Shown here piece by piece: positions 24,676 to 32,649 of a stretch of 32,649 bases of DNA. Below the pieces are notes generated by a model. The model was given only the letters and a program-made list of their open reading frames with translations. It made no database searches and had not been told where the DNA came from. Origin of the DNA: Candidatus Angelobacter sp. (GTDB lineage: Bacteria > Acidobacteriota > Terriglobia > Terriglobales > Acidobacteriaceae). How positions within the stretch are numbered: the stretch's first letter is position 1; each line of letters opens with the position of its first letter. The position numbers and the translations under genes were made by a program. The DNA lies in NCBI GenBank assembly GCA_035252525.1, contig DATFDA010000139.1, positions 1-32,649 of the forward strand, in the 5' to 3' direction.

Positions 24676-25554
24676 ATGAAAGTAGGATTTGTTGGACTGG
24701 GCGCCATGGGCTCAGGCATGGCTCGTAACCTGATCAAGGCGGGTCACAACGTTACCGTTTATAACCGCACTCGCAGCCGGGCTGACGAGCTCAAGCCCGA
24801 CGGAGCAATTGTGGCGGACACCGCGGCACAGGCAGCCTCTGGCGCAGAGGCTGTGTTCACCATGCTGGCTGACGATCACGCTCTGGAAGAAATTACTTTT
24901 GGAGCAGGCAAGCTGCTGGAATCATTGCCCGCAGGCTCTGTTCATTTGAGCGCCAGCACCATCAGCGTACGACTATCGCGCCGTCTCACTGCCGCGCACC
25001 GCGAAAGAGGACAGCATTATCTTGCCGCGCCTGTCTTCGGCCGGCCTGATGCAGCGGCAGCGGCAAAGCTCTTTGTGGTAGCAGCCGGTCCCCAATTTCA
25101 GATTGAGCGCTGCCAGCCTTTGTTCTCCGCGATAGGACAAAGAACGTTTGTTGCCGGAGCCGAGCCGCCCATGGCAAACGTGGTAAAGCTCGCGGGAAAT
25201 TTCCTGATTACAACCATAATTGAGGGCCTGGCGGAATCTTTTGCACTGGCGCGCAAGTCAGAAGTTGATCCCGGACAGATGCTGGAAATCCTGACCGGTT
25301 CTCTGTTTCCTGCACCGATCTATAAGAACTATGGTGCGATGGTGGCGCATGAAAAATTTGAGCCGGTCGGTTTCAAATTGAAGCTGGGCGCAAAAGATAA
25401 CCGGCTGGTTCTCTCAGCTGCTGAGGAGGCGGGTGTTCCTATGCCCATCGCCAGCCTGGTGCGCGACCAGTTTCTGGCCGCGATGGCACAAGGGATGGCA
25501 GAGGATGACTGGGCGGCGGTGTCGAAGGTGGTTTACAAGAATGCGGGATTGTAG
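24676..25554 (+). CDS. NAD(P)-dependent beta-hydroxyacid dehydrogenase (3-hydroxyisobutyrate / 6-phosphogluconate dehydrogenase-like family)
   Basis: It has the Rossmann N-terminus MKVGFVGLGAMGSGMARNLIKAGHNVTVYNRT, the motif VKLAGNFLITTIIEGLAE, and KLGAKDNRLVLSAAEEAGVPMP. AGGAGAG lies upstream of the ATG. Confidence 0.88.
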   Translation: MKVGFVGLGAMGSGMARNLIKAGHNVTVYNRTRSRADELKPDGAIVADTAAQAASGAEAVFTMLADDHALEEITFGAGKLLESLPAGSVHLSASTISVRLSRRLTAAHRERGQHYLAAPVFGRPDAAAAAKLFVVAAGPQFQIERCQPLFSAIGQRTFVAGAEPPMANVVKLAGNFLITTIIEGLAESFALARKSEVDPGQMLEILTGSLFPAPIYKNYGAMVAHEKFEPVGFKLKLGAKDNRLVLSAAEEAGVPMPIASLVRDQFLAAMAQGMAEDDWAAVSKVVYKNAGL

Positions 25555-25636
25555 CTTGTTCTAAACGCTGAAAGGCATATGGCCGTTCGGCGCTCGGGGT
25601 AGCCGGTGCCTTGGTCTCCTTGTGCGGCGCTTTGCG

Positions 25637-25861
25637 CTAATCAAGATTCTTGAAGAGTTGTGAGATGGACAGGCCGAAGATGCGGGAGAGTTTGAGGATG
25701 GTGCTTAGGCGAATGTCTTTTTTCCCGAGTTCGAGGCCGGAGGTAAAAGAGCGGGCAAAACCACTTTCATGCGCAAAGGTCTCCTGAGACCATCCGCGCT
25801 GTTCGCGCAGCCGGCGGATACGTGCACCGAGCTTCTGCCGCACTTCGGTTTCCTGTTGCAT
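25637..25861 (-). CDS. XRE-family helix-turn-helix transcriptional regulator
   Basis: 74 aa. LGARIRRLREQRGWSQETFAHESGFARSFTSGLELGKKDIRLSTILKLSRIFGLSISQLF is a typical HTH_3/Cro-C1 pattern. Confidence 0.85.
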   Translation of the reverse strand: MQQETEVRQKLGARIRRLREQRGWSQETFAHESGFARSFTSGLELGKKDIRLSTILKLSRIFGLSISQLFKNLD

Positions 25862-26062
25862 TCACCAATAACATGGATATAAACTCTCTCTCCGTCCACG
25901 CTCTGTCGTTTGACTCTCTATCGTAGACAGGAGCGAGGTACGGGGAGAGGCATCACAACACGGCGCTCTGCCCCGCTCGATTCCATTCCCGCAAGTGGAT
26001 CCCGGGGCGGAGCTTTCGTGCGGCGGGATGATAGCAGATTCATGAGAACTTTTTAATCTGAA

Positions 26063-26383
26063 TTGCGATGTCTGCATCGGGCGCGGTTGGGCAAGAGGCA
26101 AGATAGGTTGGTTGAGCGATTGGCAATTTCACACGGTGAAGAGGTGCGGTATGTGGTCTGTTGGACAGAAGCTGATGGCCTTTATTCGTGCGGATGCGAT
26201 CACGAGACAATAGAGTCGGCAATGAGCTGCCTGATCCCGGATGGAAGGAGCTTTATACGGGCAGTGGAGAACGGGACCACGCGATCACTGGATGATGCTG
26301 AGTTAAAAGAGTTTCTGGGGGCGCTCACCGTTCGATTTACGGTTTTACGAAGCTGGGAGAAGGAGCCAGGGGCTGCACTGTAG
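26063..26383 (+). CDS. hypothetical small Cys/His-containing protein (start uncertain)
   Basis: The ORF opens at TTG 26063, and alternative TTG/GTG starts exist 40-90 nt downstream. The core is VRYVVCWTEADGLYSCGCDHETIESAMSCLIPDGRSFIRAVENG. It is divergent from the XRE gene. I recognise no family. Confidence 0.4.
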   Translation: MRCLHRARLGKRQDRLVERLAISHGEEVRYVVCWTEADGLYSCGCDHETIESAMSCLIPDGRSFIRAVENGTTRSLDDAELKEFLGALTVRFTVLRSWEKEPGAAL

Positions 26384-26482
26384 CCACGTTCCGGGCGCGG
26401 CGTTGACGCGACCCGCCAGGGTCTCGCCGTAGATGCGGTTCAGCATGCGAATTATCAGTGTGCCCCCCCGAAATAGAATCGC

Positions 26483-26522
26483 CGTGATCGCACGTCATCG
26501 CAGCGTGATCGCGCGTGATCGG
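26483..26522. repeat. four helically phased copies of CGTGATCG-like octamer
   Basis: The copies are GTGATCGC at 26484, GTCATCGC at 26494, GTGATCGC at 26505 and GTGATCGG at 26515, giving a period of 10-11 nt. A further GTGATCA lies at 26669. They sit in the convergent intergenic region. Confidence 0.6.
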
Positions 26523-26692
26523 AAAAGGTATCAAGACAAAAAGGCAAATACATAGATCCTTCGACTTCGCGCCATCGTAGGTTGGAGAAGGACACTTTGC
26601 GGTGGCGCTCCGCTCAGGACGACTAGGTTCGCTTGCGACGCCGGCACTCGTTCCGGTGCCGCGAGTCCGTGATCAAGTGAAATGAGCCGCGC

Positions 26693-27940
26693 TCAACCGA
26701 ACACCTGGCTCCACAAAAACAGCAGGTTTGAGATCAGCATGCCGCCGGCGGCACAGCCGAGCCAGAAGTTTTGCAGGTAGCTGTTGGTTGTGCGCATGAG
26801 ACGGCGGTCATTGGAGATGAACAGGATGCAGAGGAAGATTGGGACAAGCACAATCCCGGCCAGGACCTGCGACCAGTAAAGCACTTTGATGGTGTTGATG
26901 CTGAAGAAATCGACGGTCGCGGCCACAAAGACAGTGACGGAAATCGTGACGAAAAAGAAGCGGGCGCGCCAGGGAGGCATGGAGAGTCCGGATTCCCAGC
27001 CAAACGCTTCTGACACGGCGAAGCACAGCGAAGCCACAAGAATGGGCAGCGCGATGAGCCCGGAGCCGATGATGCCAAATGAAAAAAGAAAAGGGCCAAG
27101 CTGCCCAAAGGGGGCCAGGGCTTCCGCCGCGGTCCGAGTGGTCATGCTGGAAGGGACGGCCACATGCAACTGCGACGCAGCAATCATGGCGGAAAGAGAA
27201 ATTACGCAAGCTACAAAGGTTCCGGCATGGGAGTCGGTTACATGGGCCTGGGCAACGCCTTCCGGCAGGCCGCGGCGCGAACTGGTTTGCCAGACGATAA
27301 CATCAGGCGTCAGCAGCGAACCGAACACTGCAACCACGCCCATGGTATAGGCCTGGCTGCTTTCTATTCTGGGTATGAGCACACCGCTGGCCACAGAAAG
27401 AAGAGATCCGCTGGCGTACCACGCAGCAATAACGTAAGCGACAAGAATTAGAGAAATGAGTCCAAGAGCTTTTGTGGTTTTTTGATAGTTGCCGATGATC
27501 AGCAGGTACCAGACCATGAAAGCGATTACGGCGAGAAAGTAAACCCGCGGTTGGCCGGTGACGAGCGAACAGCTATCCGCCACAGCGACAATGTCGCCGA
27601 TGATCATGGCCAGGTTAACAACCACAATCAAAACAGCCAGGGCTACAGCCTTGTGGCTGCCGTAGTGTTCGCGCACCAGATCGATCAGCCCACGGCTGGT
27701 TTCCCGTCCAATGCGTGAGGAGACCGCAAATACAGTCTGCAGAACGGGAATGCAAAGCAGCACAACCCATCCGAGGCTATAGCCGAAGCCGGCCCCGGCT
27801 ACGGTGGCAGTGAGGACGGCTGCGGGATCAAGGTCGGCAGCGCCGGAGATAATTCCGGGCAGGAGATTTCTGGCGCGCTCCCACAAGGTGGGCTGCTCTG
27901 GGGTCGACGGCGGGCTGTCGAAGGAGAAATATGTGGCCAT
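26693..27940 (-). CDS. NRAMP-family (MntH-like fold) cation transporter with non-canonical binding-site residues
   Basis: 415 aa and polytopic. The TM1 region GAADLDPAAVLTATVAGAGFGYSLGWVVLL aligns to E. coli MntH [27 protein letters not shown]. The TM6 region FGSLLTPDVIVWQTSS aligns to LGATIMPHVIYLHSS. Confidence 0.75.
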   Translation of the reverse strand: MATYFSFDSPPSTPEQPTLWERARNLLPGIISGAADLDPAAVLTATVAGAGFGYSLGWVVLLCIPVLQTVFAVSSRIGRETSRGLIDLVREHYGSHKAVALAVLIVVVNLAMIIGDIVAVADSCSLVTGQPRVYFLAVIAFMVWYLLIIGNYQKTTKALGLISLILVAYVIAAWYASGSLLSVASGVLIPRIESSQAYTMGVVAVFGSLLTPDVIVWQTSSRRGLPEGVAQAHVTDSHAGTFVACVISLSAMIAASQLHVAVPSSMTTRTAAEALAPFGQLGPFLFSFGIIGSGLIALPILVASLCFAVSEAFGWESGLSMPPWRARFFFVTISVTVFVAATVDFFSINTIKVLYWSQVLAGIVLVPIFLCILFISNDRRLMRTTNSYLQNFWLGCAAGGMLISNLLFLWSQVFG

Positions 27941-28107
27941 TTCAGCTACAAAGGGTTAGAGGCAGTTGGGTAGGATGGGTTGGCTGAGCGGCAGGATTCG
28001 CCATCTACAAAGCGAGGGCGGACCAGACATGAGTTCGCCGCCAGAGACTCCGCTGGAATCGCCGCGATGAATGATAGTCTGTCTGCGTTCGGAGGAGGCT
28101 GCTCTTG

Positions 28108-29481
28108 ATGAACAAATTGCTGACCTGGTTGATATTGACAGTTGGAGTGGGCTGTTTAGCTGTCGGGTCCGGTGTTCAGGCGCAGGAGGTGGGGTCCACC
28201 TCGGCATCAACGCAGGCGCCGCTGACACTGACGTTGCAAGACGCATTGAAGCGGGCGCGGGCCAACAGCGTACCTTTTCAAGCGGCGCTCACGGACCAGG
28301 GTGTGGCGCACCATGACAAGGTGCAAGCGCGGGCAGTCCTGCTGCCCAAGGTGAGCTACCAGAACCAGTTCATCTATACGCAGCCGGCTGAGGGTCCCAC
28401 AGGTTCCGCCAACCCGGGTTCAACGGCGGCCAGTGCGCAGGCGCCGCGCTTTATCGCCAATAATTCAGTGCATGAATATTTGAGTGAGGGCGTTGCGGAA
28501 GAGTCGCTGGGCTATGTTCAAGTGGCGGACTATCGTAAGGCGAAAGCGCTGGAATCCGTGGCAAGGGCCAAGGCGGAGATTGCATCGCGCGGGCTGGTGC
28601 TCACGGTAGTCCAGAATTACTACGGATTCATTGCTGCACAACGCAAGTTTGCCAGCGTGCAACTGGCGGCAACAGAGGCGGAAAACTTCCTGAACCTGAG
28701 CCGCAAGCTGGAAAACGGCGGCGAAGTGGCGCATTCAGACGTAATCAAAGCCCAGATCCAATTTAATGATCGCCAGCGGGATTTGCGGGAAGCGCAACTT
28801 GCCATGGACAAAGCAAGGCTGGATTTAGCGGTGCTGCTGTTCTCCGACTTCAACCAAAATTTCAGTGTGGTTGACGATTCTGAATTGGCGCCGCCACTGG
28901 CGAGTTTCGACGAATTCGCGCGAGTGGCGCAGACCAAGAGCCCGGATGTGAGAGCGTCCGCCTCGGCGCTGGAGGCTGCCGGTTACGAGCTTTCATCTGT
29001 GCGCGGAGAATACTTTCCATCGCTGACACTGAATTATTTCTACGGCATTGATGCTCCGCAGTTTGCTGCGCGCGCGCCGGATGGAACGCGCAATCTGGGC
29101 TACGCGGCTTCAGCCACCTTGAATATACCCGTATGGAACTGGGGAGCCACGCACAGCAGGGCAGTGCAGGCTGATCTAAAACGAAAGCAGGCACAGCGCG
29201 AGCTATCACTGGCGCAGCGCAAGCTGCTGGCTGACATGCGTTCTCTCTATGCCGAAGCCGCGGCGGCGCGCGATGAGCTGGAAATCCTGAGGCAATCTGC
29301 CGACCTTGCCGCAGAAAGCCTGCGCCTGACGACCTTGCGCTATCAGGGCGGTGAAGCAACCGTCCTGGAAGTGGTGGATGCCCAGAACACGCTGACCCAG
29401 GCCCGCAACGCTTATAGCGACGGCGTGGTGCGCTACCGTTCCGCTCTGGCCAATCTGCAAACCCTAACGGGTACAATGTGA
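28108..29481 (+). CDS. TolC-family outer membrane efflux protein
   Basis: GGAGGAGG lies 9 nt upstream of ATG 28108, and the signal peptide is MNKLLTWLILTVGVGCLAVGSGVQAQE. Duplicated OEP repeats are present (LTLQDALKRARANS...; coiled-coil segments; C-terminal YRSALANLQTLTG). Confidence 0.88.
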   Translation: MNKLLTWLILTVGVGCLAVGSGVQAQEVGSTSASTQAPLTLTLQDALKRARANSVPFQAALTDQGVAHHDKVQARAVLLPKVSYQNQFIYTQPAEGPTGSANPGSTAASAQAPRFIANNSVHEYLSEGVAEESLGYVQVADYRKAKALESVARAKAEIASRGLVLTVVQNYYGFIAAQRKFASVQLAATEAENFLNLSRKLENGGEVAHSDVIKAQIQFNDRQRDLREAQLAMDKARLDLAVLLFSDFNQNFSVVDDSELAPPLASFDEFARVAQTKSPDVRASASALEAAGYELSSVRGEYFPSLTLNYFYGIDAPQFAARAPDGTRNLGYAASATLNIPVWNWGATHSRAVQADLKRKQAQRELSLAQRKLLADMRSLYAEAAAARDELEILRQSADLAAESLRLTTLRYQGGEATVLEVVDAQNTLTQARNAYSDGVVRYRSALANLQTLTGTM

Positions 29482-30803
29482 CTCTAAAGCTTATGATCCA
29501 GTGCTGCCGTAAATACCCGCTGCGCGCGGGCGCTTGCCTGCTGACGGCAGCCTTGCTGGTTTGCGGTTGCGGAAAATCAGAAAAAGCCGAGGAGCCTGAA
29601 GTTACAGTACAGGCAGTTGCCGCCAAAACCGCCGACATCTCAAAAACGGTGAGCGCGGACGCGGTTATATTTCCACTCGCACAGGCCATCATTACTCCCA
29701 AGGTCAACGCTCCGGTAAAGAAGTTTTTTGTCGCGCGCGGACAAAAAGTGCGCCAGGGGCAGTTGCTGGCAGTCCTGGAAAATCGTGATCTGAGCGCTAC
29801 GGCCCTCGACAACAAGGGCGCATTTGACCAGGCCGAAGCCAGCTACAACAACAGCGTGAATGCTGCATTGCCGGAAGAGGAGCAGAAATCAGAGCTCGAA
29901 GTGCAATCAACCCAGCAAGAACTGGATGCTGCGCAGAAGCTGTATTCAAGCCGGCAGGATTTATTTAAGCAGGGAGCACTGCCACGCAAAGACCTGGATG
30001 CAGCGGCGGTCCAGCTTGCGCAGGCAAAGACGGCCTATGATACGGCAAAAAAGCACCTGGACTCGCTGAATGCGGTCGGGAAGCAGGCCACGATCAAGTC
30101 TGCTGGAGGGCAATTGACATCGGCCCGAGGGAAGCTGCTGGCGTCAGAGGCGCAGCTTAGTTACACGGAGATTCGCAGCCCCATTGACGGCGTGGTGACC
30201 GACCGTCCGCTGTATCCGGGAGAGATGGCGTCCACGTCCGCGCCGCTGCTCACGGTGATGAACACCACCCAGATAATTGCCAAGGCGCACGTGGCGCAGT
30301 CAGATGCGATGCTGCTGCGCAAGGGAGATCGCGCGACAGTGACGGCAGCAGGGTTGGAAAAACCGTTGAACGGCATGGTGACGGTGGTGAGTCCGGCGCT
30401 CGATCCCAACAGCACGACGGTTGAGATCTGGGTGCTGGCGCCGAATCCGGAGCAGCAGTTGCGTCCGGGGATGTCCGCACAGCTTTCGATTACCGCACAG
30501 ACTGTGCATAACGCGCTGGTAGTTCCCAGCAATGCGCTGCTGAATGCAAACGGTGATGCGGCCGAGGTGATGGTGATTGATGCGCAGAACACGGCACAGA
30601 GTCGCGACGTGAAGTTAGGCGTGCAGACAAGCCAGGAGACGCAGATTGTTTCTGGGTTGAAGGCCGGCGAACAGGTGGTTACAGAAGGCGCTTACGGTCT
30701 GCCCGACAAGACAAAGGTCAAAATCGAGAAGCCTGCGACGGTTGTAGAAGGCAAGGAGAAAGCGAGTCCCCGAAGCAAGCCTGAGAGCGACGATAAAGAC
30801 TAG
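29478..30803 (+). CDS. efflux RND transporter periplasmic adaptor (membrane fusion protein)
   Basis: GTG 29478 overlaps the TolC stop (GTGA); an alternative ATG lies at 29493. It has a lipoprotein-like N-terminus (LLTAALLVCGCGK), HlyD/MFP hallmarks (ITPKVNAPVKKFFVARGQKVRQGQLLAVLE, coiled coil, IRSPIDGVVTDR) and beta-barrel domains. Confidence 0.88.
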   Translation: MTLKLMIQCCRKYPLRAGACLLTAALLVCGCGKSEKAEEPEVTVQAVAAKTADISKTVSADAVIFPLAQAIITPKVNAPVKKFFVARGQKVRQGQLLAVLENRDLSATALDNKGAFDQAEASYNNSVNAALPEEEQKSELEVQSTQQELDAAQKLYSSRQDLFKQGALPRKDLDAAAVQLAQAKTAYDTAKKHLDSLNAVGKQATIKSAGGQLTSARGKLLASEAQLSYTEIRSPIDGVVTDRPLYPGEMASTSAPLLTVMNTTQIIAKAHVAQSDAMLLRKGDRATVTAAGLEKPLNGMVTVVSPALDPNSTTVEIWVLAPNPEQQLRPGMSAQLSITAQTVHNALVVPSNALLNANGDAAEVMVIDAQNTAQSRDVKLGVQTSQETQIVSGLKAGEQVVTEGAYGLPDKTKVKIEKPATVVEGKEKASPRSKPESDDKD

Positions 30804-30805
30804 CC

Positions 30806-32649
30806 ATGGCAGATGAACGCAAAACCACGAGCAAGGCGTCGCCTGTCGGGGCACGCACGCAGTGGTTTGCCGCGAACGCCAAGTCACTGATCTTCACAAT
30901 TGTAGTGGTGGCGCTCGCGGGAGCTTATCTTTCCACTACTATTCCTGTCTCGGTTTTTCCTTCCACGAATTTTCCTCGGGTAGTGATTGCGGTGGACGCG
31001 GGCGTGATGCCGATTGATCAAATGTCGGTCAGCGTGACCCGGCCAATTGAGCAGGCCATTAATAGCGTGCAAGGGCTGGAATCCGTGCGCTCTATTACCA
31101 GCCGCGGGGAAGCGGAAATCGATTTATATTTCGAATGGAACGTGGAAATGTTCCAGACTCTGCAGCGCGTGGACGCTGCACTGGCCAGGGTACAGGGCGA
31201 TCTGCCTCCGGGCACCAAGGTCGATACCCACCGGCTCACCTTTGCCTCCTTTCCCATCCTTGGTTACAGCCTCACTTCAGACACGGTACCGCAAACGCAG
31301 CTTTGGGAACGGGCCACCTATGACATTGCCCCACGATTGAACCGCCTGAGCGGTGTGGCCACGGTGCTGGTGCAGGGCGGCCAGGAACCTGAAGTGCACA
31401 TTACTCCTGATCCGGCAAAGCTGCTGCAGGCATCGGTAACCGTGACTGACATCCTCAATGCCATCAAGTCGGCAAACCTCATCGATTCTCCGGGATTGTT
31501 TGAGCGCAATCATCAGCTTGTGCTTGGGTTGGTGAATGCGCAGGCGCAGACGCCCGCGCAACTGGCGAGCATCGTGGTCAAAAACACCCAGGCAGGTGTT
31601 CCGGTAAGAATTGGCGATGTTGCCACGGTGCAGAATTCAGTCAGGCCGCTTTATACCATGGTGCGCGCAAATGGCCGGCAAGCCGTCCTTCTGAATGTGA
31701 ACCGGCAGCCGGACAGCAACACCGTCGCCGTAGCGGATGAGCTGCATGCTGAGATTGAGAACATCCGGCGCACGCTGCCGCCTGGAATACATCTCGATGA
31801 TTTTTACGACCAGTCTGGAATGGTGCGCGCATCCATCAAGAGCGTACGCGACGCCATCCTCATTGGCCTGTTCCTCTCGGCCATGGTGCTCATCGTCTTC
31901 CTGCACGATTGGGGCAGCTCAATCGTGGCCGGCCTGGTGATACCGGTCACCATTATGGTGACCTTTATCATCCTTAAACTGCTGGGCCAGAGTTTCAACC
32001 TGATGACGCTCGGCGGACTGGCTGCGGCAGTTGGACTCGTCATTGACGACGCGATCGTCGTGGTGGAAAACATTGTTCTTCATCGCGATGCCGGCGAAGG
32101 CCGGCTGGACGCTGTGCAGAGCGCGCTTTCTGAAATCACAGTTCCCTTGATCGGCTCCACTCTCACGCCAATTGTTGTGTTCATCCCGCTCATTTCCATC
32201 AGTGGCGTCCTGGGAACATTTTTCAGCGCGCTGGCAGTCACCATGTGTGCAGCCCTGCTCACATCGCTGCTTCTGGCGCTTTTGTGGACACCCACGCTCA
32301 GCCACTACCTGATTCGGCGCCATGCCTCTGTGCCGCCGCCGGCGGATGCAGCCGAAGATGATAACGGTGATATGGACCAGGAGATCAAGAAGCTCATGGC
32401 TGCCGAAGAGGCGTCCATGCGCGGGTTCTTCCGGCGGGTGATTGACTTCTACGAACGCTGGCTGCGCCGCGCGCTCGAGCGGCCGCTCTGGCTTACCGGA
32501 GGTTGTGTGCTGCTGGTGCTGATCTCCGTTGCGTGTTATGCCACGCTGGATTCAGAAGATTTGCCGGAGATGGACGAGGGCGGATTCATCGTGGATTATC
32601 TGATGCCCGCTGGAAGCTCTTTGCAGGAAACTGATCGCGTTGTCTCGCA
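30806..32649 (+). CDS. efflux RND transporter permease subunit (AcrB/CzcA superfamily; 3' end beyond the window)
   Basis: My translation from ATG 30806 is MADERKTTSKASPVGARTQWFAANAKSLIFTIVVVALAGAYLSTTIPVSVFPSTNFPRVVIAVDAGVMPIDQMSVSVTRPIEQAINSVQGLESVRSITSRGEAEIDLYFEW... The frame is open to 32649. It is absent from the ORF track because it has no in-window stop. Confidence 0.88.
   Translation, partial: MADERKTTSKASPVGARTQWFAANAKSLIFTIVVVALAGAYLSTTIPVSVFPSTNFPRVVIAVDAGVMPIDQMSVSVTRPIEQAINSVQGLESVRSITSRGEAEIDLYFEWNVEMFQTLQRVDAALARVQGDLPPGTKVDTHRLTFASFPILGYSLTSDTVPQTQLWERATYDIAPRLNRLSGVATVLVQGGQEPEVHITPDPAKLLQASVTVTDILNAIKSANLIDSPGLFERNHQLVLGLVNAQAQTPAQLASIVVKNTQAGVPVRIGDVATVQNSVRPLYTMVRANGRQAVLLNVNRQPDSNTVAVADELHAEIENIRRTLPPGIHLDDFYDQSGMVRASIKSVRDAILIGLFLSAMVLIVFLHDWGSSIVAGLVIPVTIMVTFIILKLLGQSFNLMTLGGLAAAVGLVIDDAIVVVENIVLHRDAGEGRLDAVQSALSEITVPLIGSTLTPIVVFIPLISISGVLGTFFSALAVTMCAALLTSLLLALLWTPTLSHYLIRRHASVPPPADAAEDDNGDMDQEIKKLMAAEEASMRGFFRRVIDFYERWLRRALERPLWLTGGCVLLVLISVACYATLDSEDLPEMDEGGFIVDYLMPAGSSLQETDRVVS

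Noticed and set aside
25862-26101. 79-aa minus-strand ORF abutting the XRE start codon
   Set aside because: Its composition is Ser/Pro/Arg-rich and not protein-like. It has no SD and lies in the divergent promoter spacer. I cannot fully exclude it, but I have no positive evidence.
27941-28104. Manganese (yybP-ykoY) or other riboswitch in the NRAMP 5' leader
   Set aside because: Reading the minus strand, I could not find the conserved riboswitch core elements or a convincing four-way or paired-helix structure. This needs Infernal to settle.
28862-29815. 317-aa ORF on the minus strand
   Set aside because: It is entirely antisense to the well-supported TolC-family and adaptor genes. It has an Arg/Ala/Pro-rich composition typical of GC-rich antisense frames and no recognisable motifs.
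1-32649. Mobile elements, prophage, defence islands, tRNA/rRNA genes
   Set aside because: I found no integrase, transposase or recombinase signatures, no long terminal or inverted repeats, and no tRNA-like cloverleaf candidates in the intergenic regions I read. The window looks like core chromosome, with at most one small accessory insert at 25.6-26.7 kb.

Overview
This is a chromosomal segment of mid-to-high GC. The gene content, PT-rich linkers and many secreted TPR/Ig-like proteins suggest a soil Acidobacteriota-type genome, but that is inference only because no searches were possible. I support about 31 CDS, two of them partial at the window edges and absent from the ORF track. I found no rRNA, tRNA, CRISPR array, transposase or integrase. 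Positions 1..9276 form one tightly packed minus-strand cluster: three secreted TPR-type proteins, then rnc, then three tandem signal peptidase I paralogues, then an AsmA-family protein, then a small membrane protein. This cluster has ATGA overlaps, and an ECF sigma/anti-sigma pair with its own intrinsic terminator and a sigmaE-like promoter lies upstream. The middle of the window (10.9-18.9 kb) holds two paralogous uncharacterised secreted proteins bracketing an AlkD-like DNA alkylation repair gene. It also holds enoyl-CoA hydratase, a PAT-like GNAT, a nucleotide-sugar dehydrogenase, an NlpC/P60 peptidase, and a DinB-family protein followed by a stand-alone (p)ppGpp-hydrolase-type HD protein. 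The most unusual locus is 19.2-21.7 kb. There a secreted protein fuses an amicyanin-type (C-x2-H-x2-M) cupredoxin domain to a beta-propeller whose blade-initial positions carry recurrent His. It is convergent with an orphan H-NOX (heme-NO/O2 binding) gene that has no kinase or cyclase partner. The right part holds a secreted metallophosphoesterase with three near-identical Ig-like repeats joined by PT linkers, a beta-hydroxyacid dehydrogenase, and an XRE regulator divergent from a small Cys/His-rich ORF. It also holds an NRAMP-family transporter whose canonical metal ligands are replaced (DPGN to DPAA, MPH to TPD). That transporter is divergent from a CBA-ordered RND efflux operon (outer membrane factor, adaptor, and a permease running off the window). 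All product calls rest on motifs I recognise in the translations.
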